Part shown: positions 1 to 10,433 of the stretch, in pieces
Layout: the number at the start of each line of letters is the position of its first letter
Numbering within the stretch: position 1 is the first letter of the stretch
DNA from: a virus
Taxonomy: Duplodnaviria > Caudoviricetes
Strand: one strand, 5' to 3'
DNA length: 64,000 nucleotides
IMG/VR virus record: IMGVR_UViG_3300030372_000386
Span: 20,190-84,189 of that record
Translations under genes and position numbers: made by a program
Notes under the pieces: generated by a model
What the model was told of the DNA's origin: nothing
The model's input: the letters and a program-made list of their open reading frames with translations, nothing else
Database searches by the model: none

Positions 1-1121
1 AACAACGCAAAGGTGTTGTTACTCACATGTTAGAGCCTTTGGCAGAAGCTTGGGAGTCTTTTAGATTATCTAGAGTGCCCGTGGTGTACTCGTTCGCTGA
101 CATGATAAACAAATTTATAGACGATGGGACAGCTCCTGAATTAGATCTATTGATTGTTGATGAAGCTCAAGACTTAGCGGAGCTCAACTGGAGGCTTGTA
201 GAAAAGTTGGCTTTGAATGCCAAGAAGACCTACATAGCTGGAGACGATGATCAGGCTATCTACGAATGGAATGGAGCAAAGCCACAACGTTTTGTAAACT
301 ACACAGGTGAGAGCATTGTGTTAGATCAGTCTTATCGCATACCTGGAAAAGTACATCCTATCGCTGAGCGTATATCTAAGCGCATAGTGTCTAGAGAACC
401 TAAAACATATAAGCCTAGAGAAGAGCCAGGCACAGTCAGTAAAGTTAGTTCAGTAGATCTATTACCTTTGAGGGAGGGGAATTGGCTTGTGCTTGCATCT
501 TGTGATTACATGCTGACTGATGCATCAAAAGGCTACAACGTTAGGAAGTATTTGATAGATAATGGTTTTGCTTTTGCGCACAACAACTTTCGTTATATAC
601 CTAGAAAGATGAGCATGGCCATACAGATTTGGGAAAGGCTGAACAATAAAGAAGAGATAACATTGTCAGAGTTAGACGATCTTTATAGCTATTTGGGTAA
701 GACAGGAGTAAAAAGAGGATTTATTACACAGGTATCTCAAGCTCCTAATCAAGGGCAGTCGTTATCACTGCAACAAATTATAGATAACTATGGACTCAAA
801 CCTGAATGTCTTGGTCAAGAATGGCAGTCAGTGTTTGATAAAACGATAGACGTAGAAAGAAGAAGTTTTATAGAGAAAGCAATAAAGAACAACGAAGATT
901 TATATGGAGAACCACGAATTGTCATTTCAACCATACATCAGGCAAAAGGTGGAGAAGCGGAGAACGTTGCTGTGTATCTAGATTTATCTAAATCACAGAA
1001 ACGAACCTCTATGTTACAACCCGATGGGCTGCACAGACAGTTCTACGTTGCGGTCACGCGCACAATAGAGAACTTATATCTGATACAAGCCCAAGATGAT
1101 TATTACAGGTACGTTATATGA
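1..1121 (+). CDS. SF1 UvrD/Rep-like DNA helicase, C-terminal part (5' truncated by window edge)
   Basis: Motifs LLIVDEAQDL, IAGDDDQAIY, QSYRIP, STIHQAKGGE, FYVAVTR. The frame stays open upstream of the ATG at 27 to the window edge. Confidence 0.92.
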   Translation, partial: QRKGVVTHMLEPLAEAWESFRLSRVPVVYSFADMINKFIDDGTAPELDLLIVDEAQDLAELNWRLVEKLALNAKKTYIAGDDDQAIYEWNGAKPQRFVNYTGESIVLDQSYRIPGKVHPIAERISKRIVSREPKTYKPREEPGTVSKVSSVDLLPLREGNWLVLASCDYMLTDASKGYNVRKYLIDNGFAFAHNNFRYIPRKMSMAIQIWERLNNKEEITLSELDDLYSYLGKTGVKRGFITQVSQAPNQGQSLSLQQIIDNYGLKPECLGQEWQSVFDKTIDVERRSFIEKAIKNNEDLYGEPRIVISTIHQAKGGEAENVAVYLDLSKSQKRTSMLQPDGLHRQFYVAVTRTIENLYLIQAQDDYYRYVI

Positions 1122-2986
1122 GTTTTGTTTATAAGCCCCCAACGGAGTGGATACCACCCGATAGTTTTCCAACAGAGAAATTATGTCAGGCAAAGGAGAT
1201 TGCCATTGACCTTGAGACTAGAGATCCAAACTTAAAAGAGTTGGGACCAGGTTACATAAGAGGTGACGGCGAGGTTGTCGGCATATCTTTTGCAATAGAC
1301 GGTTACGAAGATTACTTTCCGTTTGCACATGAGCAAGGCTTTAACTTCTCCAAAAAGAAAGTTATAGAGTTTACTAAAAAGATCTGTGCTACAGAGAGCG
1401 ACAAGATATTTCACAACTCTACATACGATGTAGGTTGGCTGACTAAAGAAGGTGTTGATATAAATGGCAGGATTATAGATACCATGGTCGTTGCACCTTT
1501 GATTGACGAAAATCAATATTGGTATTCTTTGAATGCTTTGGGTCGCGAATACATAAATGAAGGCAAGACCGAGGCAGAGCTGAACACTGCTGCAGAGGAG
1601 TGGGGATTGGATCCTAAGGCTGAAATGTGGAGGCTACCATCGGCTTATGTGGGTACTTATGCAACACAGGACGCAGCCCTCACGCTTAAATTATGGAATC
1701 ACTTCAAGATTTTATTAGAAGAACAAAACCTTTGGAACGTGTTTGATTTAGAAATGCGAGTGCTTCCTGTCATTCTTGCAATGAAACAAAAGGGTGTTCG
1801 TGTTGATTTGGAGAGAGCTGAGACACTAAAGAAACAACTTATTAAAAGAGAGAAGGACATAATCCAACAGATAAAGAAAGAATCAGGTGTTGCAGAGATA
1901 CAACTGTGGGCAGCTAACTCATTAGCCAAGGTGTTTGATGCGATGAATCTTACGTATCTTAGAACACCAACGGGTATGCCTAGCTTTACAAAAGCGTTTC
2001 TAGAGAACCACTCTCACCCTATAGCTAAACTGATACGTGAAGCTAGAGAAGTAAACAAAACACATAGCACGTTTATTGATTCTATATTGAAGCATGAGCA
2101 CAACGGTAGAATACATGCAGAGATACGTCAGCTAAAAGGTGAGTCAGGCGGCACAGTCACAGGTCGGTTGTCCATGAGCAATCCAAACTTACAACAAGTG
2201 CCTGCACGTAACAAAGAGATCGGCCCTTTGATTAGATCTTTGTTCTTACCAGAAGAGGGAGAGCTTTGGTGTTCTGCGGACTTCTCACAACAAGAGCCTA
2301 GAATACTTACACACTATGCTAGTAGGTCACGCTACGATGGCGCAGATGCAATCGCAGATGCTTACCATGCTGGTGATGCAGACTTTCACCAGGAGGTAGC
2401 TAATCTTGTGGACATAGATAGAAAGACTGCAAAGACAATAGGACTTGGCATTATGTATGGCATGGGCAAAGGTAAGCTGGCAGATCAGCTGGGTGTTACC
2501 GTAGAAGAAGCATCTGAGATCTTATCTAAGTTTAATACTTATGCACCGTTTGTCAGGCAGTTAGCTGATTCGGTTATGCGCAGCGCAAACTCAAAAGGCT
2601 ACATCAAAACCATACTAGGGAGGCGTTGTCACTTTGATATGTGGGAGCCTTTGAAGTATGGAACAGGTAGACCGATGAAACACAAAGAAGCCGTGCACGA
2701 ATACAACGGCGAGATCAAAAGAGCGTTTGTCTACAAAGCTCTAAATAAACTAATTCAAGGCTCAGCAGCAGATATGACGAAGCAGGCCATGGTCCATTGT
2801 TATGAGGCGGGATACCTCCCACTCTTGCAAGTCCATGACGAGCTGGTGTTCTCTATAAAGTCTGACGAAGATGTAGAAAACATCTGTCGTTTGATGGAGG
2901 AGGCTGTAGCTTTGGATGTTCCAAACAAGGTGGATGCCGAGATTGGAGATAATTGGGGCGACTCAATGGAACCTAAGAATAATTAA
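1118..2986 (+). CDS. polA: Family A DNA polymerase (3'-5' exonuclease + polymerase), copy 1
   Basis: Exo I motif IAIDLETRDP; TVTGRLSMSNPNLQQVP; motif A ADFSQQEPR; motif B RKTAKTIGLGIMYGMG; motif C LQVHDEL. ATGA overlap with the helicase. Confidence 0.96.
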   Translation: MSFVYKPPTEWIPPDSFPTEKLCQAKEIAIDLETRDPNLKELGPGYIRGDGEVVGISFAIDGYEDYFPFAHEQGFNFSKKKVIEFTKKICATESDKIFHNSTYDVGWLTKEGVDINGRIIDTMVVAPLIDENQYWYSLNALGREYINEGKTEAELNTAAEEWGLDPKAEMWRLPSAYVGTYATQDAALTLKLWNHFKILLEEQNLWNVFDLEMRVLPVILAMKQKGVRVDLERAETLKKQLIKREKDIIQQIKKESGVAEIQLWAANSLAKVFDAMNLTYLRTPTGMPSFTKAFLENHSHPIAKLIREAREVNKTHSTFIDSILKHEHNGRIHAEIRQLKGESGGTVTGRLSMSNPNLQQVPARNKEIGPLIRSLFLPEEGELWCSADFSQQEPRILTHYASRSRYDGADAIADAYHAGDADFHQEVANLVDIDRKTAKTIGLGIMYGMGKGKLADQLGVTVEEASEILSKFNTYAPFVRQLADSVMRSANSKGYIKTILGRRCHFDMWEPLKYGTGRPMKHKEAVHEYNGEIKRAFVYKALNKLIQGSAADMTKQAMVHCYEAGYLPLLQVHDELVFSIKSDEDVENICRLMEEAVALDVPNKVDAEIGDNWGDSMEPKNN

Positions 2987-3013
2987 GATATATCTTAGAT
3001 TGTAATGTATAAT
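2984..3013 (+). promoter_or_regulatory. Perfect 14-bp palindrome TAAGATATATCTTA (2984-2997) upstream of a TATAAT -10 box (3008-3013); candidate operator/promoter
   Basis: Read directly from the sequence; RBS CAGGAG precedes the ATG at 3033. Confidence 0.5.
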
Positions 3014-3032
3014 GTTATCTACAGGAGTAAAG

Positions 3033-3203
3033 ATGGATACAACTAAATGGAAAAGCGTAGCTATACGTAAAGAGATTGTTGAAGTAGCAGCCGACATCGG
3101 TGAAAAGACTGAAAGGCCTACTAGCAATGTGTTTGCGTATGCAGTAAAAAGATTACAGGATGATCTTGAAAGCGGACGCTTGAACGACGTACCTAAAAGT
3201 TAA
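3033..3203 (+). CDS. Small putative ribbon-helix-helix DNA-binding protein
   Basis: MDTTKWKSVAIRKEIVEVAADIGEKTERPTSNVFAYAVKRL has a beta-strand plus two-helix pattern. The RBS favours a start at 3033 over 3012. Confidence 0.55.
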   Translation: MDTTKWKSVAIRKEIVEVAADIGEKTERPTSNVFAYAVKRLQDDLESGRLNDVPKS

Positions 3204-3205
3204 TC

Positions 3206-3916
3206 ATGAAACATAAAATACTGTACGAGTCTCCGTACGAGTACGGTGTGTTCTCCAGCGAAGACAGGCGCAGCGGTCGGTTCTACGACTGCAACGGTGT
3301 AAAACTTCCGTCTGTCACCACCATATTGTCTGGCACTAAAGAAGGTGACTTCTTGAAGAAGTGGATCGAAAGAGTAGGTGAGGAAGAGGCGGAGCGTATC
3401 AGAACAGAGGCTGCAACTAGAGGATCGTACATGCACGACATTCTGGAGAAGCAGCTAGTCAACGGTGATATTTGGGACTTCAAGCCTAGAGACGCAGAAG
3501 AGAAACGTGCCTACAAGATGGCCTGTACGATTATGGATCAAGGCTTGCCTAACGTATCACAGGTATATGGTTGTGAAATCTCTTTGTACTACCCTGACAA
3601 GTACGCAGGTAAAGCTGACGTGATCGGTGTGCACAATGACGATCTATCTATTATGGACTTCAAACAAACCAACAAACCTAAACGCAGACAGTGGGTGTGG
3701 GACTACTTTCAACAGTTAGCTGCCTACGCACTTGCACATAACGAACTGTACGGCACTGACATACAGAAAGGTGTTGTCATGATGTGTTCTGTAGATTGTT
3801 TATATCAAGAGTTTATTCTTGAAGGTGACGAGTTTAAGAGAGCTGCCGAAGCTTGGATGGAACGTGTAGAAAAGTTTAGTCTTCCTCAAGTGGAGGAAGA
3901 GACGGACTCTCAGTAA
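3206..3916 (+). CDS. PD-(D/E)XK exonuclease (lambda-exo/Cas4-like phage exonuclease)
   Basis: LPSVTTIL, RGSYMHDILE, YAGKADVIG, IMDFKQT, QQLAAYALA. Confidence 0.88.
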   Translation: MKHKILYESPYEYGVFSSEDRRSGRFYDCNGVKLPSVTTILSGTKEGDFLKKWIERVGEEEAERIRTEAATRGSYMHDILEKQLVNGDIWDFKPRDAEEKRAYKMACTIMDQGLPNVSQVYGCEISLYYPDKYAGKADVIGVHNDDLSIMDFKQTNKPKRRQWVWDYFQQLAAYALAHNELYGTDIQKGVVMMCSVDCLYQEFILEGDEFKRAAEAWMERVEKFSLPQVEEETDSQ

Positions 3917-6900
3917 GATTATATTTAGCAGTTTTTAACTTCCTGTAGGCTTTACTAAGTCTTGATGTAGGCCATGTTCTAAGAATGTCTGCAGGGTCTA
4001 AACCTCTTTCTCTTTGTTTTTCTTGCAGTTGTTTCCTAGTTTTTTCAAAACCGTCTTTAACATACTTAGGAGCTTTGTAAGGAGTAAATATACCTTTCTT
4101 TATATTTCTTGTAAAACTAGGATCTACGCCAGGTACAGCTTGCAATCTCTTTAACTGTTCGCGCAATTTTTTGTTTGTCATTCCTACGCGTTCATAGGCC
4201 TGTATATCAAAATATATTTGTTGTTGTGTCCTGTACCAAATATCGTTAGCATCCATCCACTCTGACATAACATTTTCTTCGGTTAAAGTTTCTCCAAAAT
4301 AAGCTAGTTGCTGTAGATTTTTTTCTACACCATCTTCTAAAATTCTTTTGTAAGAATTTACTTTAAATCCGAATCCTTCGTTGGCATCCATTTCTGTAGT
4401 GGCTATGCCTAGTAATTTTGAAAATGCTAATAATGTATCTTTATCTCGTAAATATCTGTCGTATCTATCGTCACCTTCTTGTAAAGATTTGTATATATCT
4501 CTGAACTGAGAAACAGCTCCAGGTCCTGCGTTATCAATTGCATGGTCAAACATATCTTCCATAACGTCTCCCCAATTATCTTCGGGATTCCAAATACGTT
4601 TACGAGTATCTAAATCTAAGTTGATAAGAAGTTCTCCAAAAACTTTTGAAGAGATAGCTGTGTCTGTGTAAGCAGACGTATAGTCTAAAACGTACTCAGC
4701 CATACCCCGCGCAACTGATTTTGGCACACCCTCTCCTGTTAGCTCGCCTTCGTTTAAAGCTCTAATTAAACTCGTGCCTATTGAAGCAAAACCTTCATAC
4801 GGTAGTATGTAATCTAAATTAATAAACTGGCCTTTACCGTCTTTTATTTTTGATAGTGGCATAAGTCTACTGTTTCTAGCATAGTCTGGTTGCGTAGCTC
4901 TGACAGCCTCTAAATCTTCATCGTCTACATCGTACAGGTATTGACCCATGAGTTGTAAAGTTGAACCTACTCCATACACAGCAGCTCCTCCAAGCACAGC
5001 ACGTTTTATACCTCCAGATCTAAACGGACTAGCATTTTCAGCGTTACCTAGTGACTGTGTGCCGTCTTCATTTTTAACTAAAGGACGTTGTGTTTTAATA
5101 CCGCCCTCAATCATTAATTCAGTAGGTATTTTAAAACTCATTTGTTTGTAAGCAATCATAGGTAAGTTGCCTCCAGCTGTTCTCAGTATTTCTGTTGGAA
5201 ACGCAATAAAGTTACCTAATGGCAGTTGTCTAATTACTTGAGCAAACTTACCTACATAGTCATAGTTAGGCATGCCCATACGCACATGGTATGCAGCTAC
5301 TTCATCTATGTACTCTTCTAGATCAGTGGTTCGTATAGTTCTAGCTAAATTAGATCTGTAATCTGCTCCTACTTTTGTAGTCAACGTTTCAGCGTAGGCT
5401 TTTAATATTTTTAGCTTAACTTCATCTGTAACGTTTTCACCGTCTATGTTGTCTAACATTTTTTGTATTCGCACACGGTCCGCACCAAAAGCAGCCATTT
5501 TCCAAAAATCGTCTGTAGCAGCGTATAAGTTTTGTGCTCCTCTAAGAGTATTGCCTCCAAAAAAGTCTACTGTTTTACCTGGTCCAGTTTGTTTTAATGC
5601 TTGTAACGCATGTCCAATTCTTCCAACAGTGCTGCCTGATCTATCGGATAGTCGTGAAAACATATCAACTGCTTCATTCAATCGAACACTTGTGTTTACA
5701 ATACCTAACTCTTGCATTCTTTTAAAAAGTCTACGTGCATTTTTACCCTCAGCCGTTAATCGACCTTCTGAATCATAACCTACTCTACCAAAAAGATTGT
5801 GTTTAATAGCTGTTGTAGCTTTATCAAGACTTTCTCCACTAGCGTATCCGTTAGCCATAAACATTAAACCACCGCCTAAAAAGTTTCTAGCTTGTGTTGC
5901 TGGACTTAATACAATTATTCCTAATTGAGTTAGAGCTTTAGGCACAAGAAACACTAAATCGTATATCTGAAAAATCATGTTACGAGTTGAATTACTAGAC
6001 TCTACTTCACGACCTATAACTTCTGCTATCTCTTTAGTGGTGTACAACCCGTCTAGCGGATTAAATTGCTGTTCTGCGTTTCCATCCGAATTACCTAAAG
6101 GCACGTTATATTGCCCCATTTTTTCTGGAGTAAAAATATTTTCTCCTGGTCTTTGACTTATTTCCCTAATATCACTATAAAATTCTGATTGCTCTACTAA
6201 TCTACTTAAACGCTGTAAAGAAGTGGTAGCCACAATGGCAGGGTCTGTAATCTCTCCCATTAGCTTACGTATAGCAAAAGGTAAAATTTTCCTAGTTTTT
6301 AATATTTGTTCTCCGCTTTCTAATCCTACAGCATTTTCTGTACTTCTTAATATGCCAGGTAAATTAAACAAGTCCTGCGCAGAACTCATTTCTTCTAGCT
6401 TTATAATTCTGTCTACTTGTGCTCTTGCTGTTGCCTCAGTAAACCCAGATTTAAACCTGTTCATATATAGAACTGATTGCACAGCTTTATCGTACAGTTC
6501 TTGTGCTTCTTTGCTATTTAGCCAGTCTTTACTAAATTTAGGGTTATAACCAAGGCCAGGCTCAAATATTGCGAAAGATCTGGTTACGTATCGGTTAATC
6601 CCTTCTTCAAGGGTAAGCTGTTCTTCTGGTGTAAGTTTTATTTTTTGGCTGTCAATTATACGTTGAGTCAAAGCATCTATAGACGCACGTATTTTTATTA
6701 AAGGATTTTTTATTGGCTCAGGTAATTGGTCAGCAGCTACTCTAGCTTTTTGTATATCAGATAAAGCTATTTCATACTCTTCTATTGTGTTAAGTATTTC
6801 TCGTCTACCTTGTTCACTAGCCTCTTGGTCTAGTTCTGTTCTTAGCTTAGATATTTCTTTTTCATACTCAGTCCTTGTTTCTTCGTCTAGTTTTAGTCTG

Positions 6901-9176
6901 GCTCCAGTTCTTTTTAAATATGCCATGGCTAAACGGTCATACTCATCTCTCGCAGACTGCGGTATATATTTTATACCTGCTTTTGCTTTTGCTTTTTCTG
7001 CAATCGTTTCAGGTTTAGGACCCAACAGCCCCTGTTTATATGCAGCAAGCACACCTTTTTCGTATTCTTCAGCTAAGTCTTGTGCATTTTCTGTTAAAGC
7101 CCTTTGTCTTTGTGTATTATCTTGTATTCTACGTTGTGTTTCTAAGCCCAACTCACCGTATGGTCTAAAATACTCATTTGTGTACTGCACTAATTTATTT
7201 ACAAAATTCTTTTTACGACTTACGTCTGTTTTAAATTTAGGCAAACTGCCTTGAGGCAGTTCCATACTACTTAACTGGCCTTCATAACTGTTAAAAAATT
7301 GACTTAAATAATTTTCAAATTGTTCAGGAGTTGTTTCTCCTGGAGTTAGTCGCAGTTCTGATTTTATTATTTCTTGTGCTTTTGGATCTATCTGTTCTTC
7401 AGACAAAAACAAACCTGCTGATTGTAGCTCTCTAGCTTCTGGAACTTCTTCTGTAATATTAGATTTTTTAGGATTAAGAACGTTTGTTCTTTGAAAATTA
7501 AACACAATGTCTTTTTGTTTACTTTCTGGCAAAGAAGTATCTTTAACTTTGTACTGAACACTTATAGCGTTTCCTGAATCTAACATTTCATTTCTGTATC
7601 TAGGTTCGTTTTCTTGTTCTGGTAATATGTCAATAGAATCAGACTTGCTTGTAAGTTTTTCGTTAAGTTTTTCTTCTTGTAATCTGTATGTCAAAGCTTG
7701 ATCTGCTAAGTCTCTAGCAAGTTGATTAGCTGTTTTAACATTAGTTGTTTCTCTATCCATGCCCATATAGCCTACTGCTATATCTTTTAAATCTTGCAAG
7801 CTATACTTTCCAGTAATCTGTCCTATGTAATCTACATATTCGTTAGGATCAAACACGTAAGATAATCCTGTGTCTCTGATACGATCAGCAGCAGCAGCTT
7901 GTGCCAACGCTATTCTATCTGCCCTGTAGTCATACTCTGCACTAGAGTTTGGATCAAAAGTCGAGAATTGATTACGTGCCCAACTTTCATAGTTGTCTAC
8001 GCCTATGTTTGCTTCTATATAATTAGCTAATTCAACAGGAGACATTGCATTAAATCTATCTAGCTCTTGCCTTCTAATCGTATCAGCATTTAATGGGGCT
8101 AAAATGTCTTGTTGTATTTCATCAAATAAAAAGTCTTTTTGTACTTGCTCTTTTACAGAACCACGTATTCTATTTATTAAAGTTTCTCTGGTATCTATAC
8201 CTGTAGGCTTAAAATCTTTTTCTAAGCCTTGCAATATTTCTATTAAGCTTTCTACATTGTCTGCTTCATTTATTCTTAAATTGTCTAAGCGTTGTTGTGT
8301 TTCTAAATCCACTTGTTCTGTAAACTCTTCTTCATTATAGGCAGTCGGGTCTATGGGTTTAGGCTGTATAATTTTTGATACCCCACCCACACCAAGTTGA
8401 ACTCCCCCAGCTGTGCCACCACCTAGTAATCCTGCACCAAAAGCTTGTTTGGCTATTTGACCAGGAGCTCCTACACCTTCTTCTGTGCCTGCTCCAGATG
8501 CTACTTCTTGAATTATCTCTTGAACTGTTTCTGTACTAAGTTCGCTGACTGCAGCTTTAGTGGTAGATTTAACCAGTTCCCTATTAAGAACACCTACGTT
8601 TCTAACACCTATAGCATTTAACGAGCCAGATAATCCTGCACCAGCAGCCGCTGCTGTCCAATCTTGCCAAGTCGGTTCTTGTCCTTCTCTACCGTCTCTT
8701 CGTAACCTTTCTTGAACAATAGGGCCGAGTTGTTGTATTGCTTCAAACAAAGCTGGTCCTGCTAGTCCTCCCACCACTGCTCCAGGTGCTCCTCCTACTA
8801 ACGCTCCTACACCAGCTCCTCCTACCCTGGTAGCTATTGAACCTACTAATTGGCCAGCTTGTTCTACTAATGCAAGACCAAAGTTGTTCCATTGATAACC
8901 ATCGCCTTGTGTATTAATAAACTTAGCCGTAGAAGACTCGTAGTTTTCAGGCTCTTCAGTTATTTCTTTTAACCATGAACCAACGTCTTTAGCTCCTAAT
9001 GTTTCTAAAGTAATACCAATGTTTTCTAGTGGTTGATCTACAGCGTATTGAAAAGCTTCCGCTATAGTGTTTTTGTTTTCTGCCTCTTGAGTTCTTGGAG
9101 TTTTGCTAGGAGACCTACCTAGTTCTTCTAGTAAAAGCCTAGTCTGCCTTTCTTCATAAGTTTCTTCTGGCGACAT
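3876..9176 (-). CDS. Very large internal virion (ejection) protein, 1766 aa
   Basis: Last gene of the virion operon; Gly/Ala-rich hydrophobic segments near the N-terminus, long helical body; the C-terminal region may be LPD38-like (unverified). Confidence 0.7.
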   Translation of the reverse strand: MSPEETYEERQTRLLLEELGRSPSKTPRTQEAENKNTIAEAFQYAVDQPLENIGITLETLGAKDVGSWLKEITEEPENYESSTAKFINTQGDGYQWNNFGLALVEQAGQLVGSIATRVGGAGVGALVGGAPGAVVGGLAGPALFEAIQQLGPIVQERLRRDGREGQEPTWQDWTAAAAGAGLSGSLNAIGVRNVGVLNRELVKSTTKAAVSELSTETVQEIIQEVASGAGTEEGVGAPGQIAKQAFGAGLLGGGTAGGVQLGVGGVSKIIQPKPIDPTAYNEEEFTEQVDLETQQRLDNLRINEADNVESLIEILQGLEKDFKPTGIDTRETLINRIRGSVKEQVQKDFLFDEIQQDILAPLNADTIRRQELDRFNAMSPVELANYIEANIGVDNYESWARNQFSTFDPNSSAEYDYRADRIALAQAAAADRIRDTGLSYVFDPNEYVDYIGQITGKYSLQDLKDIAVGYMGMDRETTNVKTANQLARDLADQALTYRLQEEKLNEKLTSKSDSIDILPEQENEPRYRNEMLDSGNAISVQYKVKDTSLPESKQKDIVFNFQRTNVLNPKKSNITEEVPEARELQSAGLFLSEEQIDPKAQEIIKSELRLTPGETTPEQFENYLSQFFNSYEGQLSSMELPQGSLPKFKTDVSRKKNFVNKLVQYTNEYFRPYGELGLETQRRIQDNTQRQRALTENAQDLAEEYEKGVLAAYKQGLLGPKPETIAEKAKAKAGIKYIPQSARDEYDRLAMAYLKRTGARLKLDEETRTEYEKEISKLRTELDQEASEQGRREILNTIEEYEIALSDIQKARVAADQLPEPIKNPLIKIRASIDALTQRIIDSQKIKLTPEEQLTLEEGINRYVTRSFAIFEPGLGYNPKFSKDWLNSKEAQELYDKAVQSVLYMNRFKSGFTEATARAQVDRIIKLEEMSSAQDLFNLPGILRSTENAVGLESGEQILKTRKILPFAIRKLMGEITDPAIVATTSLQRLSRLVEQSEFYSDIREISQRPGENIFTPEKMGQYNVPLGNSDGNAEQQFNPLDGLYTTKEIAEVIGREVESSNSTRNMIFQIYDLVFLVPKALTQLGIIVLSPATQARNFLGGGLMFMANGYASGESLDKATTAIKHNLFGRVGYDSEGRLTAEGKNARRLFKRMQELGIVNTSVRLNEAVDMFSRLSDRSGSTVGRIGHALQALKQTGPGKTVDFFGGNTLRGAQNLYAATDDFWKMAAFGADRVRIQKMLDNIDGENVTDEVKLKILKAYAETLTTKVGADYRSNLARTIRTTDLEEYIDEVAAYHVRMGMPNYDYVGKFAQVIRQLPLGNFIAFPTEILRTAGGNLPMIAYKQMSFKIPTELMIEGGIKTQRPLVKNEDGTQSLGNAENASPFRSGGIKRAVLGGAAVYGVGSTLQLMGQYLYDVDDEDLEAVRATQPDYARNSRLMPLSKIKDGKGQFINLDYILPYEGFASIGTSLIRALNEGELTGEGVPKSVARGMAEYVLDYTSAYTDTAISSKVFGELLINLDLDTRKRIWNPEDNWGDVMEDMFDHAIDNAGPGAVSQFRDIYKSLQEGDDRYDRYLRDKDTLLAFSKLLGIATTEMDANEGFGFKVNSYKRILEDGVEKNLQQLAYFGETLTEENVMSEWMDANDIWYRTQQQIYFDIQAYERVGMTNKKLREQLKRLQAVPGVDPSFTRNIKKGIFTPYKAPKYVKDGFEKTRKQLQEKQRERGLDPADILRTWPTSRLSKAYRKLKTAKYNLTESPSLPPLEED

Positions 9177-9182
9177 AACACT

Positions 9183-10433
9183 TTAATTTTTTGCTAATTC
9201 TGCTCTCCAACGTTTAACTATTGCTGCAAGAGCTTCTCCATCTGGAGTCGTTCCTGCATCTAATAAACGTTTGTAGTTCATATTAAAGAACTCTATAAAC
9301 GTTTGATCCCCTGTTGGAGTTGATAGCGACTGTTGATAAATTGGACCAGAAGACTTAGGAGGAGCAATACCATCTAAAGCCAGCCTTCCAATAGCAGCAT
9401 CAGACGCATCTTCACCATAGTCATCTTCGTATGTTTTTCTATACTCAGTTATTTTTTTCTCAATCTCTCTGTCATCGCCTAATACAATAGACTCAAGAAC
9501 TTTTGCTGGTGTATTAATACCGCCTGATCTTGAAGTAAGTCTTTCTGCAGATATTTGGTCAGATAGTATCTTATCTCTGGCTTTTGCTTTACCTGCTCTT
9601 TGTGCTAATAATTTACCGATTAGCCCACCTGTGCCACCTTCTTTTGTTTTGTATTCAAAAGCAGCAGCGTCACCTAGCTCGTCTACTAAACCTTCTCGTT
9701 GTTGAAGAAGCTCGTCTAATCTAGTCGTGCCTCCTTGCTGTATAGCAGCAGCCTTTCTTTGTTGTTCTAAATTATAAACTATTTTCCTGCCGTCTTCGGT
9801 TAAACCCAACCATGCCTGTATCGTAAAAGGCAGTCCTAAATCATTTAATTGTTGTTGTGTGTTTATGGCTTCTAAATCTATAGGAACAGCTCCGCCTTCT
9901 TCCATACCAGGAGCTTCTGTAAATCTCATAAGATCATCAACAAACTCTGGAGTCATAAGCTTGTCTTCTGGATTATCCATTTCTACATTATGTTTTTTCT
10001 TCAGCTCGTCTAGTTGATTTGTGTACGTAATGTTCATGTTTGTTAAGTAGTCACGTAAATCAGGAGTAGCTCCTTTAGACAAGTAACCCATTATTTCGTC
10101 TTTAAACTTCTCCTTCAACATCATTACGTCTTGTTTGTAATCAGAAAATCCTTGGTCCTTCGTCACTTCTTTTTTAGCCTCAGGCTTATCTTCCATTTTA
10201 GGTGTTAGCATATCAGGGACATCTGGTTTAGTAATACTGGCCAGACTGTTTAGTGCATCGTTAACTTCGGCATCACCTTCTTCGAATAACTGTGGTTGAG
10301 GGACGACACCGCCTGTTTGCATACCAGGGTAAGGCACGTAACCACCTTGCACCATGGGTACAGGATCAAGGCCAGACATAATACCTTGCTCTCTATTAGA
10401 GAACATCTTTCTTTTCTTCCACTGCTCGTGCAT
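9183..10433 (-). CDS. Putative internal virion protein
   Basis: Position among internal proteins; three MxxGG motifs (MVQGG, MQTGG, MEEGG). The start may be a downstream Met. Confidence 0.6.
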   Translation of the reverse strand: MHEQWKKRKMFSNREQGIMSGLDPVPMVQGGYVPYPGMQTGGVVPQPQLFEEGDAEVNDALNSLASITKPDVPDMLTPKMEDKPEAKKEVTKDQGFSDYKQDVMMLKEKFKDEIMGYLSKGATPDLRDYLTNMNITYTNQLDELKKKHNVEMDNPEDKLMTPEFVDDLMRFTEAPGMEEGGAVPIDLEAINTQQQLNDLGLPFTIQAWLGLTEDGRKIVYNLEQQRKAAAIQQGGTTRLDELLQQREGLVDELGDAAAFEYKTKEGGTGGLIGKLLAQRAGKAKARDKILSDQISAERLTSRSGGINTPAKVLESIVLGDDREIEKKITEYRKTYEDDYGEDASDAAIGRLALDGIAPPKSSGPIYQQSLSTPTGDQTFIEFFNMNYKRLLDAGTTPDGEALAAIVKRWRAELAKN

